In this document: piece by piece, positions 1-12,624 of the stretch
Position numbering within the stretch: the first letter of the stretch is position 1
How the letters are laid out: each line of letters begins with the position of its first letter
NCBI GenBank assembly: GCA_964016885.1
Contig: OZ024743.1
Coordinates: 328,414,001-328,478,000, forward strand
Length of the DNA: 64,000 nt
From: Eledone cirrhosa
Lineage: Eukaryota
Reading direction: 5' to 3'
Notes under the pieces: generated by a model
Told to the model about the DNA's origin: nothing
The model's database searches: none
Seen by the model: the letters and a program-made list of their open reading frames with translations, nothing else
Made by a program: the position numbers and the translations under genes

Positions 1-23
1 TATGTTTTTTTTGTTACATAATT

Positions 24-41
24 ATATACATATACATACAT

Positions 42-105
<64 letters not shown>

Positions 106-599
106 TACGTCATATATATTCGTATGTTTAATATTTCTAGATTCATATCAATCATATCTCGGTAAGAAGTGGCTAATCCACAGATTGTTGGTATGGATGA
201 ATATAACCATAAATAAAACAACGAAAGAAAACACAATATAATATAGTTTTGTAGCAGGAAATGTTACATAGGATTTTTTGTAATTTTACACTGTATGGTT
301 GCATGGTTATAAGATATTTAGAGAAAGCCACGCATATATTGAACACATCTCAAATATTGATCGTATTCTCCTCCTCTATGGTGCTCCAACAGTCACAGCT
401 ATAACGTAGAGTTGTCATGACAGCTAAATATCAAATATACTTTTTGTATCTGCCTCTGTATGTGTATATGTATGTATGTGTATACACACACACACACGCA
501 TGCACACACAAACACTCATACACACACACACACATATATATATATATTTATATAAGTATATATATATATAAGTATATATATATATATATATATATATAA

Positions 600-641
<42 letters not shown>

Positions 642-834
642 ATGTGGGTATCTGTGTATGTGTGCTTGTGTCGGTCTGTCTATCTGTTTGTTTGATGTCA
701 GTATGTATGTATGTATGTATGTATATGTATGTATGTGTACTTGTGTGTGTATGTAAGTATGTACGTATTTATATATGTGTGCGTACATGTGTATGTGTAC
801 GTATCTGCGTGTGTATGTGTAAATGTATATGTAT

Positions 835-894
<60 letters not shown>

Positions 895-1320
895 GTGGAT
901 ATATGTGTATGTGTGCTTGTGTCAGTTTATCTATCTGTTTGTCTGATGTCAGCAAGTATGTCAGTATGTATGTATATATGTATGTATGTACGTATGTATG
1001 AATGTGTGAATGTGTACTTGTGTTTGTAGGCTTGTATGTGTGTGTATGTATATGTGTGTGTATATATGTGTACTTGTGTGTGTATGTATGTAAGTATGTA
1101 TGCATGTAGGTATGTATGTATTTATGTATTTGTGCGTGCATGTGTATGTGTACGTATCTGCGTGTGTATGTGTATGTGTGTGGGATTTGTGTGCTTGTGC
1201 GTGAATATATATGTAGGTGTATGTATTTGTATGTTGAGTGTGTTTGGGTGTGCTGTGCCTGTGTATATATGTATGTGTATATATGTATGTGTTTATCTCT
1301 ATGTGTGTGTGTGTGATGTG
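24..1320. repeat. Compound microsatellite field: (TA)n, (CA)n, (TATG)n/(TG)n
   Basis: Direct reading; overlapping ORFs are low-complexity YI/HT/VC translations. Confidence 0.95.
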
Positions 1321-1399
1321 ATATTGTGGTATTGCCATTGACATTGAGACAGATTTCTACAACTGGTAATTGCTTTACATGTGTACTGTGATATTACTT

Positions 1400-2175
1400 G
1401 ATATCATTTGATAATAATATCATAACGATATTTCAACAGGAGGCCCGTGGTCTAGTGGGTAGGCTTTATATCTGTATTGTGATATCATCTGATAATAATA
1501 TCATAACGATATTTCGACAGGAGGCCCGTGGTCTAGTGGGTAGGCTTTATATCTGTATTGTGATATCATTTGATAATAATATCATAACGATATTTCGACA
1601 GGAGGCCCGTGGTCTAGTGGGTAGGCTTTATATCTGTATTGTGATATCATCTGATAATAATATCATAACGATATTTCGACAGGAGGCCCGTGGTCTAGTG
1701 GGTAGGCTTTATATCTGCATTGTGATATCATTTGATAATAATATCATAACGATATTTCAACACGAGGCCCGTGGTCTAGTGGGTAGGCTTTATATCTGTA
1801 TTGTGATATCATTTGATATCATTTGATAGTAATATTATAGCTATATTTCAACAGGAGCTCCACGGCCTAGTGGCTTGGCCTTATATCTGTGTATTGTGGT
1901 ATCACTTGATATCTTTTGATAACGATATTTCAACAGGAGGCCCGTGGCCTAGTGGGTAGGCTTTATATTTGTGTATTGTGATATCATTTGATATGACAAT
2001 GATATAAAAAGATATCATTTGATATCTTTTTATAACGATATTTCAAGAGGATGTCCGTGGTCTAGTGGCTAGGCTTTATATCTGTGTACAGGGGTATCGT
2101 GTGATATGTGATATCATTTGATAACGATATTCCAACAAAGGGTCGGAAGTCCGTGGCCTAGTGGTTAGGTCTATT
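1400..2175 (+). repeat. Tandem repeat, 81-bp unit (~9 copies, decaying rightwards), each with a Pol III A-box-like motif
   Basis: GGCCCGTGGTCTAGTGGGTAGG recurs with 81-bp period (1441, 1522, ...), matching the 27-aa repeat in ORF 1398..1826. Confidence 0.9.
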
Positions 2176-2315
2176 GACATTTTCCTGATGTTTCTTAAGT
2201 CAACTGGATGTTGACACTTGTAGCTACTGGTTTAAAATATTCTAAAAGGCAGCAATTGGCAGCAGCTTCCAGTCGCCAAGTATCCAAGATGGGTGGGGTT
2301 CGATTCCTCACGGGC
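2149..2315 (+). other. tRNA-like / SINE-head structure with extended A-B spacing
   Basis: GTCCGTG (2149) can pair with CACGGGC (2309-2315); A box TGGCCTAGTGG and B box GGTTCGATTCC (2297-2307); no clear anticodon arm. Confidence 0.5.
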
Positions 2316-2436
2316 GCCTCTCTTCACTTAATCCCGTCTCCAGGAGTACTTTACCCAATTTTCTCAACTATTATTGTCACACACACACACATATATATAT
2401 GTGAAAAATTGTCTACCTGGGTTTTACCACCTCCAT

Positions 2437-2474
<38 letters not shown>

Positions 2475-2556
2475 AGAGAGAGAGAGAGAGAGAGAGAGAA
2501 CAATATATCATTTGAGAAACATGATCATCATACATATTAAATATGTATTGATACCT

Positions 2557-2624
<68 letters not shown>

Positions 2625-2803
2625 TTATTAAAATAACAGATTATAGTTTAAGCAAAGAATCGTTAAGGGTGAAAGCAGCTATTCTTTGCTTAAACTTCAA
2701 TCTGTTATTTAAATAAATATTTGCTCTACGGTTCTTATATATTTCATATATATTTATGCTTATCGAGCCCTCTTTGGATTTTAGTCTTCACATTTATTAT
2801 TAT

Positions 2804-2840
<37 letters not shown>

Positions 2841-2847
2841 AATATAA

Positions 2848-3033
2848 TTGTTTCTACTTTAGGCACAAGGCCAGCAATTACCCAGTGCATTACTGGTACT
2901 TTATTTTATCGACCCCGTAAGGATGAAAGGCAAAGTCAACCTCGGCGGGATTTGAACTCAGATCGTAAAGGGACGTAACTATGCTGGAAAGCATGGCGTC
3001 CGACCCTCTACCGATACTGCCAATCCACGGCCC
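2848..3033 (-). mobile_element. tRNA-derived SINE (family 1)
   Basis: Minus strand: TGGCAGTATCGG A box, GAGTTCAAATCC B box, then GCCTTTCATCCTTACGGGGTCGATAAAATAAAGTACCAG (resembles a Nin/Deu-type central domain, from memory). Six copies in window. Confidence 0.85.
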
Positions 3034-3348
3034 TTATATATATACAAATATAATTTCAGCGAGATCGTATTTCGGCGGTGGCCAAAACAAAACGAAACGC
3101 AATCTTCAAGATATGCCGGCAAACACTCAATGGACTAAGAAGAAACCAGAGCAATTAACATGTGTTATAAAGGCCAGATAAAATGAAAACAGTGGTTGTG
3201 AGGTCAACAGCCACCGTAGCCGAAAAAACGAATCAAGCTAAACAGGTTAACAAATAATTACCTGTGCCTTCCCGGAAAGTGTTGGTAAAATCCAATGGGA
3301 GGTTTCTGTGACCCCTAAATCAAGTATACTGTCTGCTTTCGTTGTAAG

Positions 3349-3393
<45 letters not shown>

Positions 3394-3601
3394 CTTACAA
3401 CGAAAGCAGACAGTATATATATATATATAATATATATATATATAATTTTACCTTGACTTCGGATTTTCATTTTGATACTTATACTCCGTTTTACATCATC
3501 TAGCTGTTCCCTTGAATGGAATTGGAGATATACAAAAGCGCGGAGAACTTAATATTGCTAATATAAATTTATTGGACCATTTTACAACCAGTAATGCACC
3601 T

Positions 3602-3661
<60 letters not shown>

Positions 3662-3919
3662 CTTACAACGAAAGCAGACAGTATATTTATATTATCGACC
3701 TTAATAACACATCGAGCTTGACGCACGTTAATAAAGTAATAGTGAATTATTCCACTCTCATTTTCTCTATTCTATATATATATTAGAGTATATGGTTAAC
3801 AGACCAGGGATGTGCAGACCACATTATAGTCGGTCGGTTGTGAAGCAGATAAAAAGAAGCGTTCAACGACCTGTATAATTGGTGCGAGCCGGAGCACAAT
3901 ATATGTTTTTCTAATATTT

Positions 3920-4096
3920 TGGCAGTATCGGTAGAGAGTTGGACGCCATGCTTTCTAGCATAGTTACGTCCCTTTACGGTTTGAGTTCAAATCCCGTCGA
4001 GGTTAACTTTGCCTTTCATCCTTACGGGGTCGATAAAATAAAGTACCAGTAATGTACTGGGTAATTGCTGGCCTTGTGCCAAAAGTAGAAACAATT
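3920..4096 (+). mobile_element. tRNA-derived SINE (family 1)
   Basis: Reverse complement of the 2848-3033 sequence. Confidence 0.85.
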
Positions 4097-4105
4097 AATA
4101 TTAAT

Positions 4106-4310
4106 AATTGTTTTTACTTTAGGCACAAGGCCAGCAATTTTGGGGGAGGACAAAGTCGATTAAATCTACCCCAGTGCATGACTGGTACTTTATTTTATCG
4201 ACACCGTAAGAATGAAAGGCAAAGTTAACCTTGGCGGGATTTGAAATCAGAACATAAAGGGTCATAACTGCTTCAAAGCATGGTGCCTGACGCTCTACCG
4301 ATACTGCTAA
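4106..4310 (-). mobile_element. tRNA-derived SINE (family 1), tail-to-tail with previous copy
   Basis: Same sequence as 2848-3033 with ~30 extra nt. Confidence 0.85.
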
Positions 4311-4311
4311 A

Positions 4312-4901
4312 TTGGCAGGTAAACAGTATACGGTACTGATGAAGAGTAATCACCCAGAAACATTGGTGTTTGCCGGTCTGTTTAATGTCAACACAAGGGC
4401 AAGAATTCGGGGTTATTCTACTGACATTGCTTAAGAGGCTGTTTGAATAATTGCAATCGAATCAAATATTATTATTATTACTCGAACAACTCAGATTACA
4501 TTTCTTGTATTCAACCATATAGAGCGATAAAACTATTTGTTTGTTATTTGACAATGGCAAAGCCGGCCATTAATCGCTCGTATACTTAAAACTGACTGGC
4601 CTATCTGCTGATATGCAAATCTGGCTGATCAGTGGGTCTGCTAATATGCAAATCAGACCGATCAGTCACTGTATATTCAAGAAAATATAATATATTTTCA
4701 CTACCTTTGACAGTTGGCAGGTAAACGGTATACGCTACTGATGAAGGGTAATAACCCAGAGACATTAGTGTTTGCCGTTCTGTTTATATGCCAACACAAG
4801 AGCAATAATGGTGGTTCATTCTACAGACATGGCTTAAGAGGCTGTTTGCATAATTGCAAACGAATCGAATATTATTATTAATATTCGAAAAACTCAGATT
4901 T
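4312..4901 (+). mobile_element. Partial tandem (~402-bp period) pLTR/retrozyme-like element with two hammerhead motifs
   Basis: 4312-4500 repeats at 4714-4901; first motif CGGTA-CTGATGA-...-GAAA-CATTGGT-GTT-TGCCG; second has GAGA in place of GAAA. Confidence 0.75.
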
Positions 4902-4916
4902 ACCCCCCCCCCCCCC

Positions 4917-4947
<31 letters not shown>

Positions 4948-4970
4948 CGGAGACGGAATTATATTCTAAG

Positions 4971-5060
4971 CATATCTGACGATCTTTCGATTACAGAGTC
5001 AGGTTTCATCTATAATATGTCTTGCCTCGAGCTGATCGATAATGAAACATATGTAATATG
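4971..5060 (+). ncRNA. Type I hammerhead ribozyme (canonical core) in a short (TA)n-flanked insert
   Basis: Stem I CATAT/ATATG, core CTGACGA, stem II TCGATTA/TGATCGA, GAAA, palindromic ACATATGT stem III, GUA site. Confidence 0.8.
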
Positions 5061-5111
5061 TTATTAAATATGTTATGATACAACATTGAATCCTTGTTCC
5101 TTATCCTTATA

Positions 5112-5151
<40 letters not shown>

Positions 5152-6065
5152 TAAAAGAGAAAACACAGGTAAGCATTAAAAGAAGGATTTTATCCAGGTA
5201 TTTACGATCGTTTCATTGGTAAGTGCAACCTTATATTGCTATACTGCAAATAGCAGCCACTCAATTATGATTGTTGTTCACAGTCCAAATTTTCAAAATA
5301 GTGAGTAAGTTACTCTTGAAATAATTCTTAATATATAGAGAAAAACATTTATTTGGAATTGTATTTACTAGTATAGAGAGAGAGGAATCAGACGGTGAGG
5401 GGACAAACGGAATAGTATAGAGAGAGAGGAAGGGGGAAGAGGTAGGAAGTAGAGTGACAAACTGAGATGGAGGGAGGGGTAGAAGTGGAAGGATTCTTCG
5501 GTCAGTTTTGATAGCAGACTTCATGTCGTGGAATGTAGTGAGTTAAAGAGAATTAAATTGATCATAGTGGGAGGGATGGATAGAGAGGGAGAGAGAGAGT
5601 GGGGGGAGATATAAAGAGATAAATATATATATATATAAAATAAAGATAAAGATAATAATGACAAAAATAAAAGCAAAGAAGGGGGTGAGAAAGAAGAAAA
5701 GAAAAGATAGCCAAGAAGGGGAGGGAAGGAAGAAAGAAAACGAAGAAATAGAAGAGGAATGAGGGAGAAGAGGGGGATATATGTATTGGTTTTGTGGGTA
5801 ATTAAAAGGGTTTAGATACAAGAGGGTATAAAGTCTAAGTATATGCAGTTTGTCAGTTGGTAGTAAGAGGTTAAGGGTTCGATTTGTAGTGCGAAAACTT
5901 CTCTTTGAGTCTATGGTTACAATAAATTGATCTTTCGATTTTATTGTTGAGTAACTTATTCTTCGAACTCAAGATGTGGAATAGCTCAAAGTCGCATAAT
6001 CGACAGCTTCTCATACCACTCCGATATGGGGGCGCGTTCGATAATTTTTTTAACTTCAGGGTGTA

Positions 6066-7805
6066 TTGATGGTTAATTTCCCTCATATATTAGACCGAGT
6101 GATAGCACAAATGAAGAATAAACTAGTGATTAAACTATGGGGTAACGCTACCGAAACAATTAAGTGGTTTAACAATATAGCTAACAAAGAAGTATCTAAA
6201 TTTATACAATTTGACATTAACGATTATTACTTATCTATATCCCCCAACACCTTGGATAAAGCCTTAGCATTCGCCAAAGCCAATTCTGACATAACAGACG
6301 ACGAGATAAAAATCATATTAGCTGCTAGGAAAACAATAATTAAATTTGAAAACGCCTATTGGAAACGTAAGGATAGATTAAATAACTTTGACATCACGAT
6401 GGGGGCTAACGACTCGGCTCAAGTCACAGATTTAGTAGGTATTTACATAGCCCATAGTTTACAAAGTGAGTTTAGCGACCTTCACGGTGGAATCTACAGA
6501 GACGACGCCCTTCTCCTAGTTAAGAACCTAAATAACCAGAGCATAGAAAGACTCCGTAAGAATATTAGAAAGACTCTCGGAAAACTAGGTCTTAGCATAA
6601 CGTATGAGTATAGCACTAAAACAGTTAACTTTCTAGACGCGACGCTTAACCTAAATACGGGACTTATAAGACCTTTTCACAAGATTAATGAAAACTTAGC
6701 ATACATCAACTGTAACTCAAACCACCCACTATCAATAATTAAATCCATTCCACGCAGCATATCCCTTAGGATCTCCCGCCTCTCGTCTAACCGACAAATC
6801 TTCGAAGAACATGGAGAATACTACAATACCGCATTAGACAAGGCAGGCCACTTAGATAGAGTAGAATATATAGATGAAAGCCTCCGTGAAGCGCACACGA
6901 ACACGCATAACACAAACTCCGGTAACACACGCACACACGCACTTACGCATAGAACTGCAAAGTATACGGCAAATAGAAATACAACATCGAAATCAAACAA
7001 GTCACGCAGTAGAAAATATATTTGGTATAACCCCATATTTAACACCTCTATTAGTACTAACCTACCCTCTACCTTCTTTAGAATAATAAATAAGCACTTT
7101 CCAGATTCACATAGATACAGCAACATCCTTAACACTAAATCTATTAGACTATCTTACTCCACGGCACCAAATATAGAGGCACACATTAAGATGCTTAACG
7201 CTAAAAAGATACATAACAACACCAAAACGCAAATTTACAATAATAACAATACAATCACCACCGAACACAACAGAATATCTAATACACAACCACCCGCTAA
7301 TAGGCAAACAAAACGTAACACACTTGTACAGGCATCGCAGCCCACCAATAATGCCAAAGTTGCCCATGACAAGAATTGTAACTGCCACCTACCTGAAACC
7401 TGTCCATTACATAATGAATGTATGCAGTCTAACCTGGTTTACCAATGCACAGTGGAATCAGACAACCAGAAATAGTATTACATCGGAGCGACTGGGAATA
7501 CATTTAAAGCCCGTTGGTATACACACCGTTACGCAATGAAACATTCCCAGCATCGTTATGTAACTACCCTTGCAAACAAGACCTGGCAACTGAGGGAAAG
7601 TAACTATCAATACACCCTGAAGTGGAAAAAATTATCGAACGCGTCCCCATATCGGAGTGGTATGAGAAGCTGTCGATTATGCGACCTTGAGCTATTCCAC
7701 ATCTTGAGTTCGAAGAATAAGTTACTCAACAATAAAATCGAAAGATCAATTTATTGTAACCATAGACTCAAAGAGATGTTTTCGCACTACAAATCGAACC
7801 CTTAA
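6066..7805 (+). pseudogene. PLE reverse transcriptase + Cys linker + GIY-YIG endonuclease, 5'-truncated, one in-frame TAG at 7473-7475
   Basis: FDINDYY, ITMGANDSAQ, GIYRDDAL, FLDATL, SNHP; CNC...CPL...C; LVYQC...*YYIGATGNTFKARW; CRLCDLE; ORF 7536..7805 continues in the same frame. Confidence 0.9.
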
Positions 7806-8375
7806 CCTCTTTCTACCAACTGACAAACTGCATATACTTAGACTTTATACCCTCTTGTATCTAAACCCTTTTAATTACCCACAAAACCAATACATATATC
7901 CCCCTCTTCTCCCTCATTCCTCTTCTATTTTTTCGTTTTCTTCCTTCCTTCCCGCCCCTTCTTGGCTATCTTTTCTTTTCTTCTTTCTCACCCCCTTCTT
8001 TGCTTTTATTTTTGTCATTATTATCTTTATCTTTATTTTATATATATATATATTTATCTCTTTATATCTCCCCCCACTCTCTCTCTCCCTCTCTATCCAT
8101 CCCTCCCACTATGATCAATTTAATTCTCTTTAACTCACTACATTCCACGACATGAAGTCTGCTATCAAAACTGACCAAAGAATCCTTCCACTTCTACCCT
8201 TCCCTCCATCTCAGTTTGTCACTCTACTTCCTACCTCTTCCCCCTTCCTCTCTCTCTATACTATTCCGTTTGTCCCCTCACCTTCTGATTCCTCTCTCTC
8301 TATACTAGTAAATACAATTCCAAATAAATGTTTTTCTCTATATATTAAGAATTATTTCAAGAGTAACTTACTCAC

Positions 8376-8477
8376 TATTTTGAAAATTTGGACTGTGAAC
8401 AACAATTATAATTGAGTGGCTGCTATTTGCAGTATAGCAATATAAGGTTGCACTTACCAATGAAACGATCGTAAATA
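8376..8477 (+). ncRNA. Type I hammerhead ribozyme, U3-A8 core variant, in PLE pLTR
   Basis: TATT-TTGAAAA-TTTGG...CCAAT-GAAA-CGATC-GTA-AATA; mirrored in the inverted pLTR and repeated near 36135-36235. Confidence 0.7.
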
Positions 8478-8656
8478 CCTGGATAAAATCCTTCTCTTAA
8501 TGTTTACCTGTGTTTTCTCTTTTATACTTTATACTCCAAGATTGAACGGAATTCTTACAAACTTGTAGAGTTACCCCTAACCGTACGTTGAAACCATCCA
8601 TGAAACTGGCTTTCTTAACCAAGAACTGGATCACAATAAGCAATTTGTTTGCTTCT

Positions 8657-8706
<50 letters not shown>

Positions 8707-8732
8707 GGGTGTGTATGATTGTGTATAGAAGA

Positions 8733-9065
8733 TTATATTAATAAAAGGAATTCCAACTTTGTCTGATTTACTCGTTTTATTTACAATCCTTTAACATTTA
8801 TAATGGTATTAGAATGAAATAGTATGGTATGGTAGAATATTAAATGTTAAGTGTTAATTGAACAAGTTAAAAATTGCAAACTTGACTGTCACCACACAAT
8901 ATGAACCTGAAGATTGCGAAAGCACGAAAGTACTTGTTCAATTAACACTTAACATTTAATATTCTACCATACCATACTATTTCATTCTAATACCATTATA
9001 AATTTTAAAGGATTGTAAATAAAACGAGTAAATCAGACAAAGTTGGAATTCCTTTTATTAATATA
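8733..9065. mobile_element. Fold-back element (~135-bp arms) with central hammerhead
   Basis: 8733-8867 is the reverse complement of 8932-9065; ends in (TA)n. Confidence 0.85.
8902..8940 (+). ncRNA. Minimal type I hammerhead ribozyme
   Basis: TGAAC-CTGAAGA-TTGC GAAA GCAC-GAAA-GTA-CTT-GTTCA; palindromic AAGTACTT stem III. Confidence 0.8.
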
Positions 9066-9394
9066 TATATATATATATATAATTTGTTTTGCAAGATTCT
9101 TGATGTGAAAACATGTGTTGAAATAGATATTGATGTACTTTGTGATTAATTAATCAGATAATTAGTTTGTTAATCAGTTGTTTAAATCAATCAGTTAATT
9201 AATTAATTAGTCCATCAGAGTTCTTTCGTCACAAGCTGTGACCTTAACGATAGCTACGTACCCTATTCGTTTATACTTACTTTCTTAGATAATTTTGAAC
9301 GAATAAACGAGAGAAAATGTACTCAATACGTGATACCGTAGAGTTTATTTATTCCGGTCTATACTTCCGGACCATGTGGCGAATTGACAGAGTT

Positions 9395-9820
9395 GTTAGA
9401 GTAAGGGTAAAGACCCCCTTTGGTCACGAACAACCATGGGATTTATACCTAGAAAGTTCTCCTCCGAGGCACATGTCAGGGCAAGGTTGTTTGTGGAAGA
9501 CCAGCAGTCACCCATACATACCAGCCTCCCCCTCTCCATGTCACCGATGTTGTCCAAAGGAAAGGCAATGGCCGATACAGGTTTACACCAGTGACGTCGC
9601 AACTCATTATTACTGCTGAGTAAACGGGGGAAACGTGAAATAAAGTGTCTTGCTCAAGGACACAACACATCACCTGGTCCTAGATGTTAGAACATTAGAT
9701 AGGATTCTTTTCCGTATTCGTTTTAGCTCTCCGCACCCTGAGTTTAAATCTCCCCGAGGTTAATTTTGCGTTTCAATATTTCGAGGTCGATAAATAAAGT
9801 ACCAGTATTGTACTGGGGTA
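9395..9820. mobile_element. Degenerate SINE fragments
   Basis: AATAAAGTGTCTTGCTCAAGGACACAAC (also ~12225 and inverted ~12985); family 1 remnant at ~9740-9820. Confidence 0.6.
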
Positions 9821-10269
9821 TATTTATCTTCTGTGTCTTTCGCATTTCCTTTCTCCCTCACTGTCTTTCTCAGTTTTTCTCAGTCTTACTGTGTTCAGGC
9901 CTGGAGATAGATGGCTTCTGACAGCTTTAATTCCCAACACACGTCGTATGTCATTATGGCGCCCTTAAGACTCCACAAGGAGTTAAGGTCGCATGCATGC
10001 ATACTTTTGGAAATTGTTCTTAATGTCTTGTCAATCGTGTTTCGTCAATCCGCCAACATATCACTGGTATCGTGTCCTATCGAAACCCCGAACATATCAC
10101 TGGTATCGTGTCTCGTCAATATCCCGAGTATACCACTGGTATCGTATCCTATAGACACCCCCGAACATCCTGGGAAAGTTTCTTCTACTATAGCCTCTAT
10201 TATAACTTCGGGTTGACCAACTGAGAGACATTTGGTAGATGAAAACTGTGTAGAAGCCTGTCGTGTGGT

Positions 10270-10418
10270 GTGTTGTTGTTGTTGTTGTTGTTGTTGCTAT
10301 TCTTGCTGTTATTGTTATTGTTGGTGATGTTGTTGATGTTGTTGTTGTTGATGATGATGATGATGATGATGTTATTGTTGTTGACTGTTGTTGATACTGT
10401 TGCTGTTGTTGATGATGA

Positions 10419-10468
<50 letters not shown>

Positions 10469-11005
10469 TGTCGTTGTTGATGTATGCGCGTGTGTATGTG
10501 TATATGTGTAAGTATGTTTGTACGTGTGTATATATGTGTGTATGTGTATGTGTATGTGTGTATATGTGTGTATGTGTGTATGTGCATGTATGCGTGTATA
10601 AATGTCTATGTGTATGTGCGTGTATGTATATATGCATGTTTAAGTTTACTGTGTGTACATTTCCTGCAACTTTGTATATTTGACATAAAGAGATCGATAT
10701 AATAAGTATCAGACTTAAAATAATACTGGATCGATATGACAGCCTAAATACTTTCAAGGTGGGTCTAAACAACAATATTAACAACAACAACAACAACAAC
10801 AACAAGAACAGTAGTAGTAACAACAACAGTAATAGTATAACAACAACAACAACAACAGTAACAACAACAGTAACAACAGTAACAACAGTAACAACAACAA
10901 CAATAACAACAATAACAACAAGAACAGTAGTATAACAACAACAGTAACAACAACGGCATCGGCAACAGCAATAACAACAAGAACAACGTGAGTAGTTGTT
11001 GTTTG
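10270..11005. repeat. (TTG)n/(GAT)n, (TG)n and (CAA)n microsatellite field
   Basis: Direct reading. Confidence 0.9.
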
Positions 11006-11216
11006 TGCCAAGGTGGATTAAAATGTGACCTTGAGCCAAGGTCATGAAATATTTAGGCTTTAATCTCTCTGTTAGTTTTATAATGAGTCTGAATGTCAGT
11101 TTATGATTTTTTAGATATGACTGTAGTTATAACCAGACGTCTTGAAATTAAGGAAACAAGGAAGAACAGATGAGAAGAGATGTCCTAGTTGAGTGTTTGT
11201 CTGTGAAACATATAGA

Positions 11217-11523
11217 CTAGGTCAGAACACAAAGGAACCAAACTCCCACTGTCACTGCCTCCGTCTCTCGCGCCCTCACCATCTCTCATATGCACCAGAT
11301 TCGAACACAAAGGAACCAAACACCCACTGTCACTTCATTCGTCTCCCCCGCTCTCACCATCTCTCATATGCACCAGGTCTGAACACAAAGGAACCAAACA
11401 CCCACTGTCACTGCCTCCGTCTCCCCCGCTCTCACCATCTCTCATATTCACCAGGTCTGAACACAAAGGAACCAAACACCCACTGTCACTGCCTCCGTCT
11501 CCCCCGCTCTCACCATCTCTCAC
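11217..11523. repeat. 78-bp minisatellite, ~4 copies
   Basis: GAACACAAAGGAACCAAAC...CACCATCTCTCA x4; 26-aa period in ORF 11193..11531. Confidence 0.9.
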
Positions 11524-11751
11524 TATTATAAGCAAATGGGGGCCCACGCACTGGCCTCCCCATGGCCCCGATGGGCTGGTCACCCCCACGGCCCCAGCAG
11601 ACAGAATAGAGAAGGCGTTTTCCATGAGACGTCCTGGAAGAGCCATTCCAGCTCGCGAAGCTCACACCTGCGGCGGGTAGCCAACTCTGTGCTGATGGTG
11701 GTGAGTAGGGAGGTGGTCTGAGATTTCTTTAACGAACAGAAATACAGAATA

Positions 11752-11938
11752 ATTGCTTCTACTTTTGGCGCAAGGTCAGCAATTATCCCAGTACATTACT
11801 GGTACTTTATTTTATCGACCCCGTAAGGATGAAAGGTAAAGTTAATCTCAACGGGAATTGAACTCAGACTGTAAAGGGACGTAACTATGCTGCAAAGCAT
11901 GGTGTCTGACCCTCTACTGATACTGCCAATCCACCACC
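11752..11938 (-). mobile_element. tRNA-derived SINE (family 1)
   Basis: Matches 2848-3033. Confidence 0.85.
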
Positions 11939-12624
11939 CAATTCACTACAGAATAATGTTGTGAGACGTTCTCCGTATCCAACTTAGTCACTTCGGTCAC
12001 AAACCCCGGTACTGCGGCTGGCAATGTAGAAGACTGGAAGACAAGCAAATACCGCAGCTTGTTCGGCCGCGTCGTCTTTACACCGGTCGCCGTTGAGTAC
12101 TCCACAGAGACTTGTGTACCGTCAACTTACTTCTCAGGGAGATTCAGCGTGGTACAGAGTAAGACAAGACTATTTGAACAAGTACAACCAATTTTTACAA
12201 GCTGACTGGAAAGAAACAACGTGGAATAAAGTGTCTTGCTCAAGGACACAACGTGACGATCGTTAGTTGAATACCTTAACCATTAAACTGAGTGCGTTCC
12301 CCGCTGGCAGATACCACCATTGACATGAGCAATGGAAACATTGCTTCCTTGGTCCGATCTGAATATCTCTAGACAGTATCAGCAATGGAAAAACAAATGG
12401 AAACATTGTTTTCTTGGTCTGATCTGTGATTGGCTCCTTCCATATTCGATAGTGTTTAAAATAGTTTGGAATACGGAATGGAATGGATCTCCTTCGATTT
12501 CGACTACGAGTGTTCATGAAATTAACATCTAAGTAGCTGAGTATTCCACAGACACGTGTACCCTTAATATAATTCTCAGAGGATTCAGTTTAACGATATG
12601 TGACAAGGCTGACTCTTTGAATTA

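Larger units (their letters stand above)
5147..8661 (+). mobile_element. Penelope-like element (Naiad-like), 5'-truncated, with inverted upstream pLTR, flanked by (TA)n
   Basis: 5147-6070 is the reverse complement of 7606-8528; RT + GIY-YIG ORF; (TA)n on both sides. Confidence 0.92.

Noticed and set aside
1398-1826. Repeat protein ORF (also 11193..11531)
   Set aside because: Open frames arise because the unit lengths (81 and 78 bp) are multiples of 3; there is no other coding evidence.
2149-2315. Functional intron-containing tRNA gene
   Set aside because: No convincing anticodon arm; better treated as a SINE/tRNA-derived relic.
7473-7475. In-frame stop in the Naiad-like ORF as selenocysteine recoding
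   Set aside because: The codon is TAG, not TGA, and is not at a Cys position; a nonsense mutation in a truncated copy is simpler.
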